Positions 47,431 through 56,311 of a DNA stretch of 64,000 nucleotides are shown piece by piece. The position numbers were made by a program, and so were the translations under genes. The DNA is from a virus (Duplodnaviria > Heunggongvirae > Uroviricota > Caudoviricetes): the IMG/VR virus record IMGVR_UViG_3300042569_003232, positions 1 to 64,000 of that record; one strand, given 5' to 3'. How positions within the stretch are numbered: the stretch's first letter is position 1; the number at the start of each line of letters is the position of its first letter. The notes beneath the pieces were generated by a model. That model had not been told where the DNA came from. It did not search any database and was given only the letters and a program-made list of their open reading frames with translations.

Positions 47431-49137
47431 ATGTTCACTACTAAAAAAACACAACTATTCCAAACACCCGAAAAGCAAAAATCCGTGAAAAACTCTCCGG
47501 TTCAAAACGTTACATCATCTGCATTTGTTAATGCTGCACTGAATATTCAGAATAACACTCTTTCCGAAAATGGTGCTGTTAAATTGAAAAGCACTTTGGA
47601 CCCATTTGTTGATCAATTTGGTCAAACGAGTAATTACCTAAAACTTCGCTCTTTTGCTGAAATTGAAAAGGATTGTGAAACTCTTTGGGCACTTGATCCG
47701 CTCAATACCGTAAAGTTCGCGCATTTTCTTCGTACAATTCCTCGCAAAGTGTCCATGTTTGATGGATCGGTTACAGAAGAACCACAAAAAGGTTCCGAAT
47801 TGAAGCATGAAAGTATTATGCGAATGATTTGGTTGAGTACAAAAAGTCCAGAAACTTTTTGGAGCAACATTGTATTGTTTATTAGTCTTGGAAGTTGGCA
47901 TGATGTTTTCACTATGCTTCAAACCGATCTCATTTATAATGGATGGGAAAATAAGAAATTGGATTGGAAGAAATTTGGTGATCTGATTTTCTCTGGATTG
48001 AACAACACTAACACTGTGAACTTGGTAAAGAAATATCTTCCACAAGTTAAGACTCGCAGTGTATGTAAGAGCGTGGAAAGCCAAGCTAATTGCATGATTG
48101 CAAAATGGATTTGCAGTTTGCTTTTTGGAAGTAAACAGACCTCTTATAATTATAAGTTGTACCGTCAGTTGAAAACTAGTGGATCTGCTCATGAATGGCA
48201 AAAACTTATTTCTCAAAAGCGATTCTCAGAAATTAAGTTTGATCAAATTCATGGTCGGGCACTTAATTTGCTGGTAAAGAGTAAATTCCTTAAAAATCAA
48301 AATCTTACGGATCAATATAGTGCATGGATTAAATCTCCTGAAACAAAAGATGTGAAGTATACTGGATTTGTACATGATTTGTTTGGAACACTTCCTGATC
48401 ATCTTAGTAGCGTGGACTTGCATGTTCGTGAAACAATTAACAAGCAATTTTCTACTCTGGTAGAAAAAGCAAAGAGTGAAAAAAATGATAAATCAACTGA
48501 TTGGATTGTGGTTCGGGATACTTCAGGATCTATGGAATCAAATGCAATTGGAACAAAGATTAGTTCTTATGATATTGCAAAATCAATTGCTCTGTATTTT
48601 TCAGAATTTCTATCAGGTCGTTTTGCAAATTCTTGGATTGAATTTAATTCTGATGCAAAATTGCATTCTTGGAAAGGTCAAACGCCAATTGAAAAATGGT
48701 TTAATGATGATTCATCATGTGTTGGATCAACCGACTTCCAAAGTGTAATTGATTTGTTCGTAACTTTGAAGAAAACGGGAATCTCTGAAAGTGAATTTCC
48801 AAAAGGAATTCTTTGCATTAGTGATGGCGAATTCAATCCAAGTCAACTAAATGAAACAAATGTTCAAACTGCTCGAAAGAAACTATTGAGTGGTGGTTTT
48901 AGTGAAGATTTTGCAAATTCTTTCCAAATTGTATTGTGGAATATTCCAAATAGTTATTATGGACATGTAAAACCAAAATTCGAAACTACTGCAAAGGAAA
49001 AAGGATCGTACTATTTCTCTGGTTATAGTCCGTCTATTATTTCATTCTTGAATGGTCATGAAATTGAAACTCCCCGGCAATTGTTTGATGCAGCAATGAA
49101 TCAACAAATCTTGAATTTGATTGAAGTAAAAGTTTGA
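47431..49137 (+). CDS. vWA-domain protein, possibly Ro60/TROVE-like
   Basis: C-terminal vWA domain with MIDAS DTSGSM and downstream ...ISDGEFNP. About 350 aa of helical N-terminal region. Size and architecture resemble bacterial Rsr, but N-terminal similarity could not be confirmed by eye. Good SD (aaaggag) upstream. Confidence 0.4.
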   Translation: MFTTKKTQLFQTPEKQKSVKNSPVQNVTSSAFVNAALNIQNNTLSENGAVKLKSTLDPFVDQFGQTSNYLKLRSFAEIEKDCETLWALDPLNTVKFAHFLRTIPRKVSMFDGSVTEEPQKGSELKHESIMRMIWLSTKSPETFWSNIVLFISLGSWHDVFTMLQTDLIYNGWENKKLDWKKFGDLIFSGLNNTNTVNLVKKYLPQVKTRSVCKSVESQANCMIAKWICSLLFGSKQTSYNYKLYRQLKTSGSAHEWQKLISQKRFSEIKFDQIHGRALNLLVKSKFLKNQNLTDQYSAWIKSPETKDVKYTGFVHDLFGTLPDHLSSVDLHVRETINKQFSTLVEKAKSEKNDKSTDWIVVRDTSGSMESNAIGTKISSYDIAKSIALYFSEFLSGRFANSWIEFNSDAKLHSWKGQTPIEKWFNDDSSCVGSTDFQSVIDLFVTLKKTGISESEFPKGILCISDGEFNPSQLNETNVQTARKKLLSGGFSEDFANSFQIVLWNIPNSYYGHVKPKFETTAKEKGSYYFSGYSPSIISFLNGHEIETPRQLFDAAMNQQILNLIEVKV

Positions 49138-49223
49138 CAGTATATTAAACTGTCTGGTGGAAAACCGTTGCTTCACAGCACGTCCCTAACCTTTTCGGTT
49201 GCTCAGGTTAAACCGTATTTTTT
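49136..49223 (+). terminator. tandem hairpins after the vWA gene, the second followed by a T run
   Basis: gacagtatattaaactgtc, then cggtt-gctcaggtta-aaccg followed by tatttttt. Confidence 0.5.
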
Positions 49224-49276
49224 CTAAAAACGCATACAGCAAATAATTATGAATCTACAAAATTCAAAAATGCGTT

Positions 49277-49501
49277 TTGATTAATAATTTTATGAATATT
49301 ATAATTTTTAGTATAATTGTTACTGCATTGTTGATTGTTTCGCTCATTCTTATTCAAATCCTATTGGATAAATTGAACACTCAAAGAATAGTTAATATAA
49401 CATTAAATGCTGAGGTAAAGGAACTGGAAAGAGAAATATTGACTTATTATTCGGATGAAATCATCGACCTAGATGAGCAGCATGATGAATATGGAATTTA
49501 A
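49277..49501 (+). CDS. small membrane protein
   Basis: Listed start is TTG; the likely ATG is at 49292 (MNIIIFSIIVTALLIVSLILIQ). Confidence 0.35.
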   Translation: MINNFMNIIIFSIIVTALLIVSLILIQILLDKLNTQRIVNITLNAEVKELEREILTYYSDEIIDLDEQHDEYGI

Positions 49502-49790
49502 CGAAAAATTAGATAAAATCCAAAAATTAGAAAACGATTGGGACGGTCATGGTTCACCGCCATTTTCTAAAACTACAATTGAAACAACTAGGAAATTTTT
49601 GAATCTTTTATGTCAAGGGTTCACGGTATATAGTGTAGCACCAACTAGTGACGATAGCATTTTAGTAAAATTAACTACTAATAATGATAAACTAATTATG
49701 TTGGAAATTGAGGAAAATGATATTGGAATTGCAGTGGAAATAAATGAAAAAGGGGAGAAATATACATACTTTGATGTTCAATTAAAATAA
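49473..49790 (+). CDS. hypothetical protein
   Basis: 105-aa ORF. Confidence 0.4.
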   Translation: MSSMMNMEFNEKLDKIQKLENDWDGHGSPPFSKTTIETTRKFLNLLCQGFTVYSVAPTSDDSILVKLTTNNDKLIMLEIEENDIGIAVEINEKGEKYTYFDVQLK

Positions 49791-49793
49791 TAA

Positions 49794-50543
49794 ATGAAAA
49801 TACTTTTACAAAAAAAGAAAATTAGTAATGAATGGAATAGTCAATTTGAATCATTTTCAAAAGCTCTAACATACAATCAAATTTTGACAGAAGAAAAAGA
49901 TTTTATTTTCTGGTCATATTATTTGGCAATTGGAAATTTCGATTTTGTCGAAAAAAGTAAAAACATCGGAGCAAATGTTTTCGAGAATTCTGAATGGTTT
50001 AAATATAGCTATTATGCTCGTTTTTTTGGCGATGAATTATTAAATCGTGATTATTGTATTTTACCTGCCGTTGAGCTTAAAAGATTAAAATATGAAATCT
50101 TGGGAAGATATTCCGAGGATTGTAAAATCTTTGTTCGTCCAGATGCCGGAAATAAAGTATTCACAGGAACAATTCTGGATATAGAAGAATTTGATAGTTT
50201 CTCAGAAGAGTACAATGAAAATCTAGTTGTGATTAGCAAGCCCAATTTTGACATTACCGGAGAGTGGCGTTTTGCGGCTTCCTGCGAGGGGGAAATTTTA
50301 GGAGTGTCTTTGTACCGCTACAGCAACAACCTTGTTTCTGCGGCTTCCTGTCCACCAAAGATGATGGACTACGTAACTAGTCTCCTAAAAGATTTTAAAG
50401 AGTATCCAAATAAAATCTTAACAATAGATATTGCATCTATAAATGATAAACGTTATAAAGTTATTGAATGCAATGCATTTTCTACTTCCGGGTTATATGC
50501 TATGAAACCCGAAAAGATTGTTGAATATATAAAACTATTATAA
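49794..50543 (+). CDS. hypothetical protein (possible ATP-grasp-like fold)
   Basis: 249 aa; the ATP-grasp suggestion is only a weak impression. Confidence 0.35.
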   Translation: MKILLQKKKISNEWNSQFESFSKALTYNQILTEEKDFIFWSYYLAIGNFDFVEKSKNIGANVFENSEWFKYSYYARFFGDELLNRDYCILPAVELKRLKYEILGRYSEDCKIFVRPDAGNKVFTGTILDIEEFDSFSEEYNENLVVISKPNFDITGEWRFAASCEGEILGVSLYRYSNNLVSAASCPPKMMDYVTSLLKDFKEYPNKILTIDIASINDKRYKVIECNAFSTSGLYAMKPEKIVEYIKLL

Positions 50544-50683
50544 TAAATCTGGTTACTAAAAAACTTTTCAAAAATGTTGATTTTTGTAAGTTTTGTGGTA
50601 AAATAGATTTCACAAATTGCGGAAAATTGAGAAATTTATTTCTCGGCAGATACTAGAATGCGATAAGTAAAACTTACGCACAT

Positions 50684-52984
50684 ATGAAAGAACAATTTCA
50701 ACCTATGGATATAACAATTATTAAAAGAAACGGTAGTAAAGAAAGATTTGATGCGAATAAAATAAATAAAGTTTTGGAATGGGCGACAGATGATATAAAG
50801 GACGTTAATATCACAGATATTATCATGAGGGCAAAGTTATCTATAACAGATAATATAACATCCACTAATATCCATGATGCATTAATCACCGCAACTGAAG
50901 ATTTGATAACCGTTGATACTCCTTTATACGAAAAGGTTGCGAAAAATCTATTAAACTATAAATTGAGAAAAATCGTGTGGGGCGGCAAAAATCCTCCAAA
51001 ACTAATCCATTTTGTTCAAAAAATGGTAAACTATAAATATTGGGATTCTTCTTTAATTGAAAAATACTCCGAAAAAGATTTAAATAAAATAGATGAAATA
51101 ATAGATCACGAACGAGATTTTTTATATCCGTATGGCGGACTTGTTCAATTAATGAGTAAATACCTCGTTCAAAATAGAAAAACCAAAGAGATTTTAGAAA
51201 CTCCTCAATTCCAAATCATAGGAATTGCAATGGCACTTTTTGCGGATGAAAAGAATGATCGTCTAGAATGGATAAAAAACTTCTATACGGAAACTTCTAA
51301 GAACATGAGTGTAAATTGGCCCACTCCGATTTTATCAGGAGCAAGAACAAAAACCAAGAGTTATAGTTCTTGTTGTTTAATTGATATACTTGATACAAAA
51401 GAAAGTTTATTTGCAGCAAATACCACTGCTGGCATGGTTACTTGTGATAAATACGGAATTGGTCTAAATCTATCGCGTCTTCGTCCAATCAATGCACCAA
51501 TTAATAATGGCGAAACTCTACATACTGGAGTTGTTGCATGGTTAAAAATGTATCGTGATACGATTAAATGCTGTCAGCAAGGAGGTGCTAGACGAGGTGC
51601 AGGAACAGTCACTTTTCCTATATTTCATCCAGAGATTATGACGATTCTTCAATTGAAGAATAATCAAGGAACACATGAAAATAGAGTACACGATATAGAT
51701 TATTCTATCACAATTTCTAAACTGTTCTGGGATAGAATTAAGAAAAAACAAACAATTTCACTGTTTTCCAGTGTGGATGCTCCTGATTTATATGAAAAAT
51801 TCGGAACTCCAGAATTTGATGAATTATACGTTAGATATGAAAATGATCAAACCATTCCTCGTATAACAGTTTCCACCTCTACCGTAGATGGTTTGGCGAC
51901 TGTATTATTTACAGAACGAATGGAAACTGCTAGAATATATCTAGTGAATATTGATATTGCTAATCAGAATTCTCCATGGAAAGATGTTGTACAAATGAGC
52001 AATCTCTGTCAAGAGATACTACATCCTCTCAAAGCAGAAAGATTTACAAACGATCCAGAATCAGAAATAGGTGTTTGTGTATTAGCAGCAGTTAATATGC
52101 TAAAGATAAAAAATGACGAACATCATCGAAAGGTATGTAAATTAATTGTTAAAGTGTTGAATAATTTAATAGATATTCAAAATTATTCAGTTAAAGGTTG
52201 TGAAAATTTTGCAAAAAATAAAAGAAGTCTGGGAGTCGGAGTAACTAATTTTGCTGCTTGGTTAGCAAGAGATTCATTAAATCATAATTCTACTGAATCT
52301 TTGGAAAAGACTAACAAGTTTTTTGAAAAACAACAATATTATTTGATGGAAGCTAGTATGGAATTAGCAATAGAAAATGGTCCTGCTCCACATTTCCATC
52401 GTTCCAAATATTTTAATGGGGAACAATCACCTTTGGATTTATATGCAAAAACACTTGATTCATTAGTCGAATCTCATCATTTGGATTGGAACGGGTTAAT
52501 GGAAAAAATAAAAATCCACGGAATGAGAAATATGACCCTAACTGCTCAAATGCCAGTTGAAAGTTCTAGTGTGGTACAAGGAACTACTAATGGAGTCGAA
52601 CCAATAACATCCCTAATTATTAAGAAAAGTTCATTAGAAAAAACTGCTATTCAAATTGTTCCCGGCTTGAACAAATACAGTCAATATTATCTGAAAAAAG
52701 GAGATATAAAATCCAATGAAGGTATTATAAAAATTAATGCCGTAATTGTCAAATGGTTGGATATGGCTAGTTCATTTAATATGTACTATGATAGTGATGT
52801 TTATCCTGATAAAAATATTCCATTGAGTGATATTCTAAGAGATCATTTAATGGCAACACATTATGGAATGAAAACGTTCTATTATTGCAATACTAAAAAG
52901 AAAAAAGATAGTCTTGCAGATGAATTAGATATACCTCAATCCGAAGAAAATAGCGGTTGTGAAGGTGGAGCATGTGCATTGTAA
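50684..52984 (+). CDS. nrdA: ribonucleotide reductase class Ia large subunit
   Basis: N-terminal ATP-cone (ITIIKRNGSKERFDANKI), 766 aa, C-terminal CEGGAC redox pair. Confidence 0.9.
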   Translation: MKEQFQPMDITIIKRNGSKERFDANKINKVLEWATDDIKDVNITDIIMRAKLSITDNITSTNIHDALITATEDLITVDTPLYEKVAKNLLNYKLRKIVWGGKNPPKLIHFVQKMVNYKYWDSSLIEKYSEKDLNKIDEIIDHERDFLYPYGGLVQLMSKYLVQNRKTKEILETPQFQIIGIAMALFADEKNDRLEWIKNFYTETSKNMSVNWPTPILSGARTKTKSYSSCCLIDILDTKESLFAANTTAGMVTCDKYGIGLNLSRLRPINAPINNGETLHTGVVAWLKMYRDTIKCCQQGGARRGAGTVTFPIFHPEIMTILQLKNNQGTHENRVHDIDYSITISKLFWDRIKKKQTISLFSSVDAPDLYEKFGTPEFDELYVRYENDQTIPRITVSTSTVDGLATVLFTERMETARIYLVNIDIANQNSPWKDVVQMSNLCQEILHPLKAERFTNDPESEIGVCVLAAVNMLKIKNDEHHRKVCKLIVKVLNNLIDIQNYSVKGCENFAKNKRSLGVGVTNFAAWLARDSLNHNSTESLEKTNKFFEKQQYYLMEASMELAIENGPAPHFHRSKYFNGEQSPLDLYAKTLDSLVESHHLDWNGLMEKIKIHGMRNMTLTAQMPVESSSVVQGTTNGVEPITSLIIKKSSLEKTAIQIVPGLNKYSQYYLKKGDIKSNEGIIKINAVIVKWLDMASSFNMYYDSDVYPDKNIPLSDILRDHLMATHYGMKTFYYCNTKKKKDSLADELDIPQSEENSGCEGGACAL

Positions 52985-52999
52985 ATTTCTAAATAAATT

Positions 53000-54058
53000 A
53001 TGAAAACAGTATTAAATAAAGTCCCTACTGATATTTTGGCTCAACCAATGTTTTTTGGAGAAGATTTGGGTCTTCAACGTTACGATATTGTAAAATATCC
53101 AGAATTCCAAAAAAGTTACGAAGATCAACGAAAAAATTATTGGCAAGCAAATGAAATTCCAATATCAAATGATCGTGCTCAATTTGAAAATTTGTCTGAA
53201 GCAGAAAGATTTGTTTTTATTAACAATCTGAGCTTTCAAACAATGGGAGATTCGTGTCTTTCTAGAACTATTGAAAATCTAAAAAAACACGTAACCAATT
53301 CAGAATTGGAATTTGCAATGAATTGGTGGATTCTTATGGAAAACACCCATTCTGAAAGTTATACACATATTTTAAGAAATATAGTTCATCGTCCAAGCGA
53401 TTTTTTTGATGATATTTATAAAAATACTGAGGTGATGAAACGGGCTACACAACTTACTGATAGCTTTGATAATCTATTGTCTGCGGTTGGTGATTCTCCA
53501 AAAGAAGAACTATTTAAAACAGTTCTATCACTACAAATTGCAGAAGGGATATTATTTTATGTAAGTTTTGCATGTACTTATTGGTTTGGAACTAGAGGAC
53601 TCATGAAAGGAAATGCAGATATTATCAAATTAATCAATCGTGATGAAGACTTACATGTTGCGATAACACAGAATATTATCAAAAAATGGACGGTTGATCC
53701 AAAAGAAGGATTTCAGGATATTATAAAAAATAATAAAGATGTTATTTATGATGCATATAAACTTGCTGTAAAGCATGAACAAGATTGGGCAAATTATTTG
53801 TTTTCTAAAGGACCATTACTCGGGTTATCCGTTTCTCAATTGCATGGGTATGTTGAATGGTTGGCAAATATCAGATTGCGGTCAATGGGATATAGTCAAA
53901 TTTTTGAAACTAAGAAAAATCCTATGGGAAGTTGGTTAAAAGAATATATTAATTCTGATGAGATTGATGCTGCTCCACAAGAAAAACCAATATTGGATTA
54001 TGAAAAGGGCAAAATCAGTAATGATTTAGAAAATAGTAATTTGGAATTTGAATTTTGA
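53000..54058 (+). CDS. nrdB: ribonucleotide reductase class Ia small subunit
   Basis: Di-iron ligand blocks (ENTHSESY; EGILFY) and 352-aa length. Confidence 0.85.
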   Translation: MKTVLNKVPTDILAQPMFFGEDLGLQRYDIVKYPEFQKSYEDQRKNYWQANEIPISNDRAQFENLSEAERFVFINNLSFQTMGDSCLSRTIENLKKHVTNSELEFAMNWWILMENTHSESYTHILRNIVHRPSDFFDDIYKNTEVMKRATQLTDSFDNLLSAVGDSPKEELFKTVLSLQIAEGILFYVSFACTYWFGTRGLMKGNADIIKLINRDEDLHVAITQNIIKKWTVDPKEGFQDIIKNNKDVIYDAYKLAVKHEQDWANYLFSKGPLLGLSVSQLHGYVEWLANIRLRSMGYSQIFETKKNPMGSWLKEYINSDEIDAAPQEKPILDYEKGKISNDLENSNLEFEF

Positions 54059-54635
54059 AAGTATGAAACCTATTTGGGAAAAATCAGATGATGAATTCAT
54101 CAAAAACAATTATACCATTTTGGGCGGAAAACAATGCGCAGAGCGATTAGGAAAAACATTATCTGCGGTATATTCTAGGGCGACTTTTTTAAAAATTCAA
54201 AAACCTATAATACCAACAAAATCATCACACATACCTAAAAAGATAATTGCACAAATAAGAATTCATGCACAAGCTAAAAATAGAGTCTGTTCGATAGACG
54301 AAATGGATATTTATAATATTTGGGTAAAGCAAAATAAAAAATGTGCGTTATCTGGGATGTACGTCCAATTTCACTCTATTCCAAAATTATCCACTGCATC
54401 CGTGGATAGAATAGATTCCCGAAAAGATTATACACTTGATAATATTCAGATTTTACATAAGGATATAAATTTATCAAAAAGAATATATACTGATGAATAT
54501 TATATTTATCTATGCAAATTAGTAGCAGAAAATAATAAAAACTCAAGTCATGTTGACCAAACTGAAACCGTATGGTTGGACGATATAACTAATGATACCA
54601 TCTATCCAGTTCGTGCGATGAAGCATGAAAAGTAA
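54048..54635 (+). CDS. HNH_3-like homing-endonuclease-related protein (possibly degenerate)
   Basis: CALSG...ASVDRIDSRKDYTLDNIQILHKDINLSK resembles the HNH_3 pattern (DHIDG...DNL), but the first His is replaced by Arg. N-terminal HTH-like region. Overlaps the nrdB stop by 11 nt. Confidence 0.4.
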   Translation: MNFESMKPIWEKSDDEFIKNNYTILGGKQCAERLGKTLSAVYSRATFLKIQKPIIPTKSSHIPKKIIAQIRIHAQAKNRVCSIDEMDIYNIWVKQNKKCALSGMYVQFHSIPKLSTASVDRIDSRKDYTLDNIQILHKDINLSKRIYTDEYYIYLCKLVAENNKNSSHVDQTETVWLDDITNDTIYPVRAMKHEK

Positions 54636-54644
54636 CAATACTGC

Positions 54645-55028
54645 TTGACAAATCCAGAAAATCCTGTAAAGTGCCTTATGTCCGAACCTGACAACTCAAC
54701 AGAAGAAATCTCCCAAGAAGAACTTTTTAGCGGAGAAATTGATGCACCTGTAGACGAAAACTCAATCCCAGAATATGAACATTATTTCCTTCCTCCAATG
54801 GACCGTTTCATTCTTAATAACTTGGCTCCAGTTGGAGTACAAGAAGTTAAAAAGTTCAAAGAAAAAATGATTGTAAGATCATTGTTCTTGTCCTTTAGTT
54901 CTTTGAATTATGGTAATACCTTTCTTCAAAAGACTACTAACAACGACAATATGTTTGTTAGAGGAATCCACAAGCATACTATTTATGATTTCGAACTTGC
55001 AAAAAGATATGGAAAAGCCAGAAATTAA
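54645..55028 (+). CDS. hypothetical acidic protein
   Basis: 127-aa ORF. Confidence 0.4.
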   Translation: MTNPENPVKCLMSEPDNSTEEISQEELFSGEIDAPVDENSIPEYEHYFLPPMDRFILNNLAPVGVQEVKKFKEKMIVRSLFLSFSSLNYGNTFLQKTTNNDNMFVRGIHKHTIYDFELAKRYGKARN

Positions 55029-55425
55029 AATGGTAATAGTGATTCGGAAAGATTTGAAAATGAGCAAAGGGAAAATCGCATCACAAGCATCCCATGCATG
55101 CATGAAAATCTTTTTCGATAATCTTCAACCCGATATGTTTCAAATTCCAACAGAAACATGGTATATCAATAATCCAAATCTCAACGGTTGGATCGTTCCT
55201 AACAGACCGTATTTTGAAGAATATATAAATGGTTCATTTGTAAAAATTGTTGTAGGTGTAAATTCTTTAGAAGAACTACAATCAATTTATGAGAAAGCAA
55301 CTCAAAAGAAAATTCATGCAAGTCTGATAAAAGATTCCACCCTTCAAGATTATACTGCTGTAGCCATTGGACCATGGAGAAACAGTGTAATTGATGAAAT
55401 AACACGCCATTTACCTTTACTTTAA
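55009..55425 (+). CDS. peptidyl-tRNA hydrolase, PTH2 family
   Basis: MVIVIRKDLKMSKGKIASQASHA matches PTH2 ([24 protein letters not shown]). Start trimmed from the listed 54910 to an internal Met. Confidence 0.7.
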   Translation: MEKPEIKMVIVIRKDLKMSKGKIASQASHACMKIFFDNLQPDMFQIPTETWYINNPNLNGWIVPNRPYFEEYINGSFVKIVVGVNSLEELQSIYEKATQKKIHASLIKDSTLQDYTAVAIGPWRNSVIDEITRHLPLL

Positions 55426-55429
55426 AAAT

Positions 55430-55939
55430 ATGCATACAATATTTTCTTTTAACTCATCACATCCTCAGTCAACTAGTCTTATGTCTTTAAGCGGATCTTA
55501 TGTTGTTCCAAGTATTCTAAAAATTAAACTTTTGGAAGATTCTGCTAAAATGCCTACAAGGGCACACTCTACGGATCTTGGTTATGATCTTTATGCACTA
55601 GAAACCATGTATATTCCTTTTGGAAAACCTGTAAAAATTCGAACAGGAATTGCAGTAGAATTTCCTAAAGGATATGGTGCATTTATTAAAGACCGAAGCA
55701 GTATGGCAAGTAAAGGATTAGCTACTATTGGTGGAGTTATTGACGAAACTTATACAGGCGAAATTAGTGTTATTATGCTCAATTTGAATTTTTCATTTTT
55801 TAAGAAAAAGATAATTCATAAAGGAGATAAAATTGCTCAATTAGTTCCAATTCAAACCGTTAATTGGGATATAGAAGTTGTAGAAGAATTGTCTGTTGGT
55901 GAACGAGGAAACAAAGGATTTGGCAGTTCTGGAAAATAA
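55430..55939 (+). CDS. dut: dUTP diphosphatase
   Basis: dUTPase motifs GYDLYA, RSSMASKG and GVIDETYTGEI. Confidence 0.8.
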   Translation: MHTIFSFNSSHPQSTSLMSLSGSYVVPSILKIKLLEDSAKMPTRAHSTDLGYDLYALETMYIPFGKPVKIRTGIAVEFPKGYGAFIKDRSSMASKGLATIGGVIDETYTGEISVIMLNLNFSFFKKKIIHKGDKIAQLVPIQTVNWDIEVVEELSVGERGNKGFGSSGK

Positions 55940-56279
55940 TAAAATAATGAAAAAAGAAAAATATTTTATCGGAATTGACTCAAATGATGTAATTTGGGGA
56001 ATTGGTCCTAGTCGGGAACTTGCATTAGAAGAGGTTCGCATTAATTTAAGCGGTTGTGCGGAAAAGTACCTTCCTGAAAAAGATCAATATATTATTTTGG
56101 AATGTACAAAAGAAATGTATATTGATATTTTTGGTAGCGGGTATTGTCATGGAGACGATGAACCTTATTGGAAATATAGTGAAAAACGAAAAATTGCATA
56201 TTTTCCAAGAAAACGTAAACGAAAAAACGTTTTCAAATTATTGAAGAGAAATCGAAAAACCTATTCAGGAAAAGATTAA
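55896..56279 (+). CDS. hypothetical protein with a basic C-terminus
   Basis: 127 aa with a KRKRKNVFKLLKRNRK tail. Confidence 0.4.
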   Translation: MVNEETKDLAVLENNKIMKKEKYFIGIDSNDVIWGIGPSRELALEEVRINLSGCAEKYLPEKDQYIILECTKEMYIDIFGSGYCHGDDEPYWKYSEKRKIAYFPRKRKRKNVFKLLKRNRKTYSGKD

Positions 56280-56311
56280 TAAAAATAATCCGCCATAATA
56301 AATAAAATATT

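Noticed and set aside
47634-48447. Minus-strand ORFs (92, 192 and 73 aa) inside the vWA gene
   Set aside because: They are antisense to a well-supported 568-aa gene. The nested plus-strand ORFs at 48476..48748, 36887..37150, 37316..37567, 59875..60267 and 60691..60894 were rejected for the same reason.
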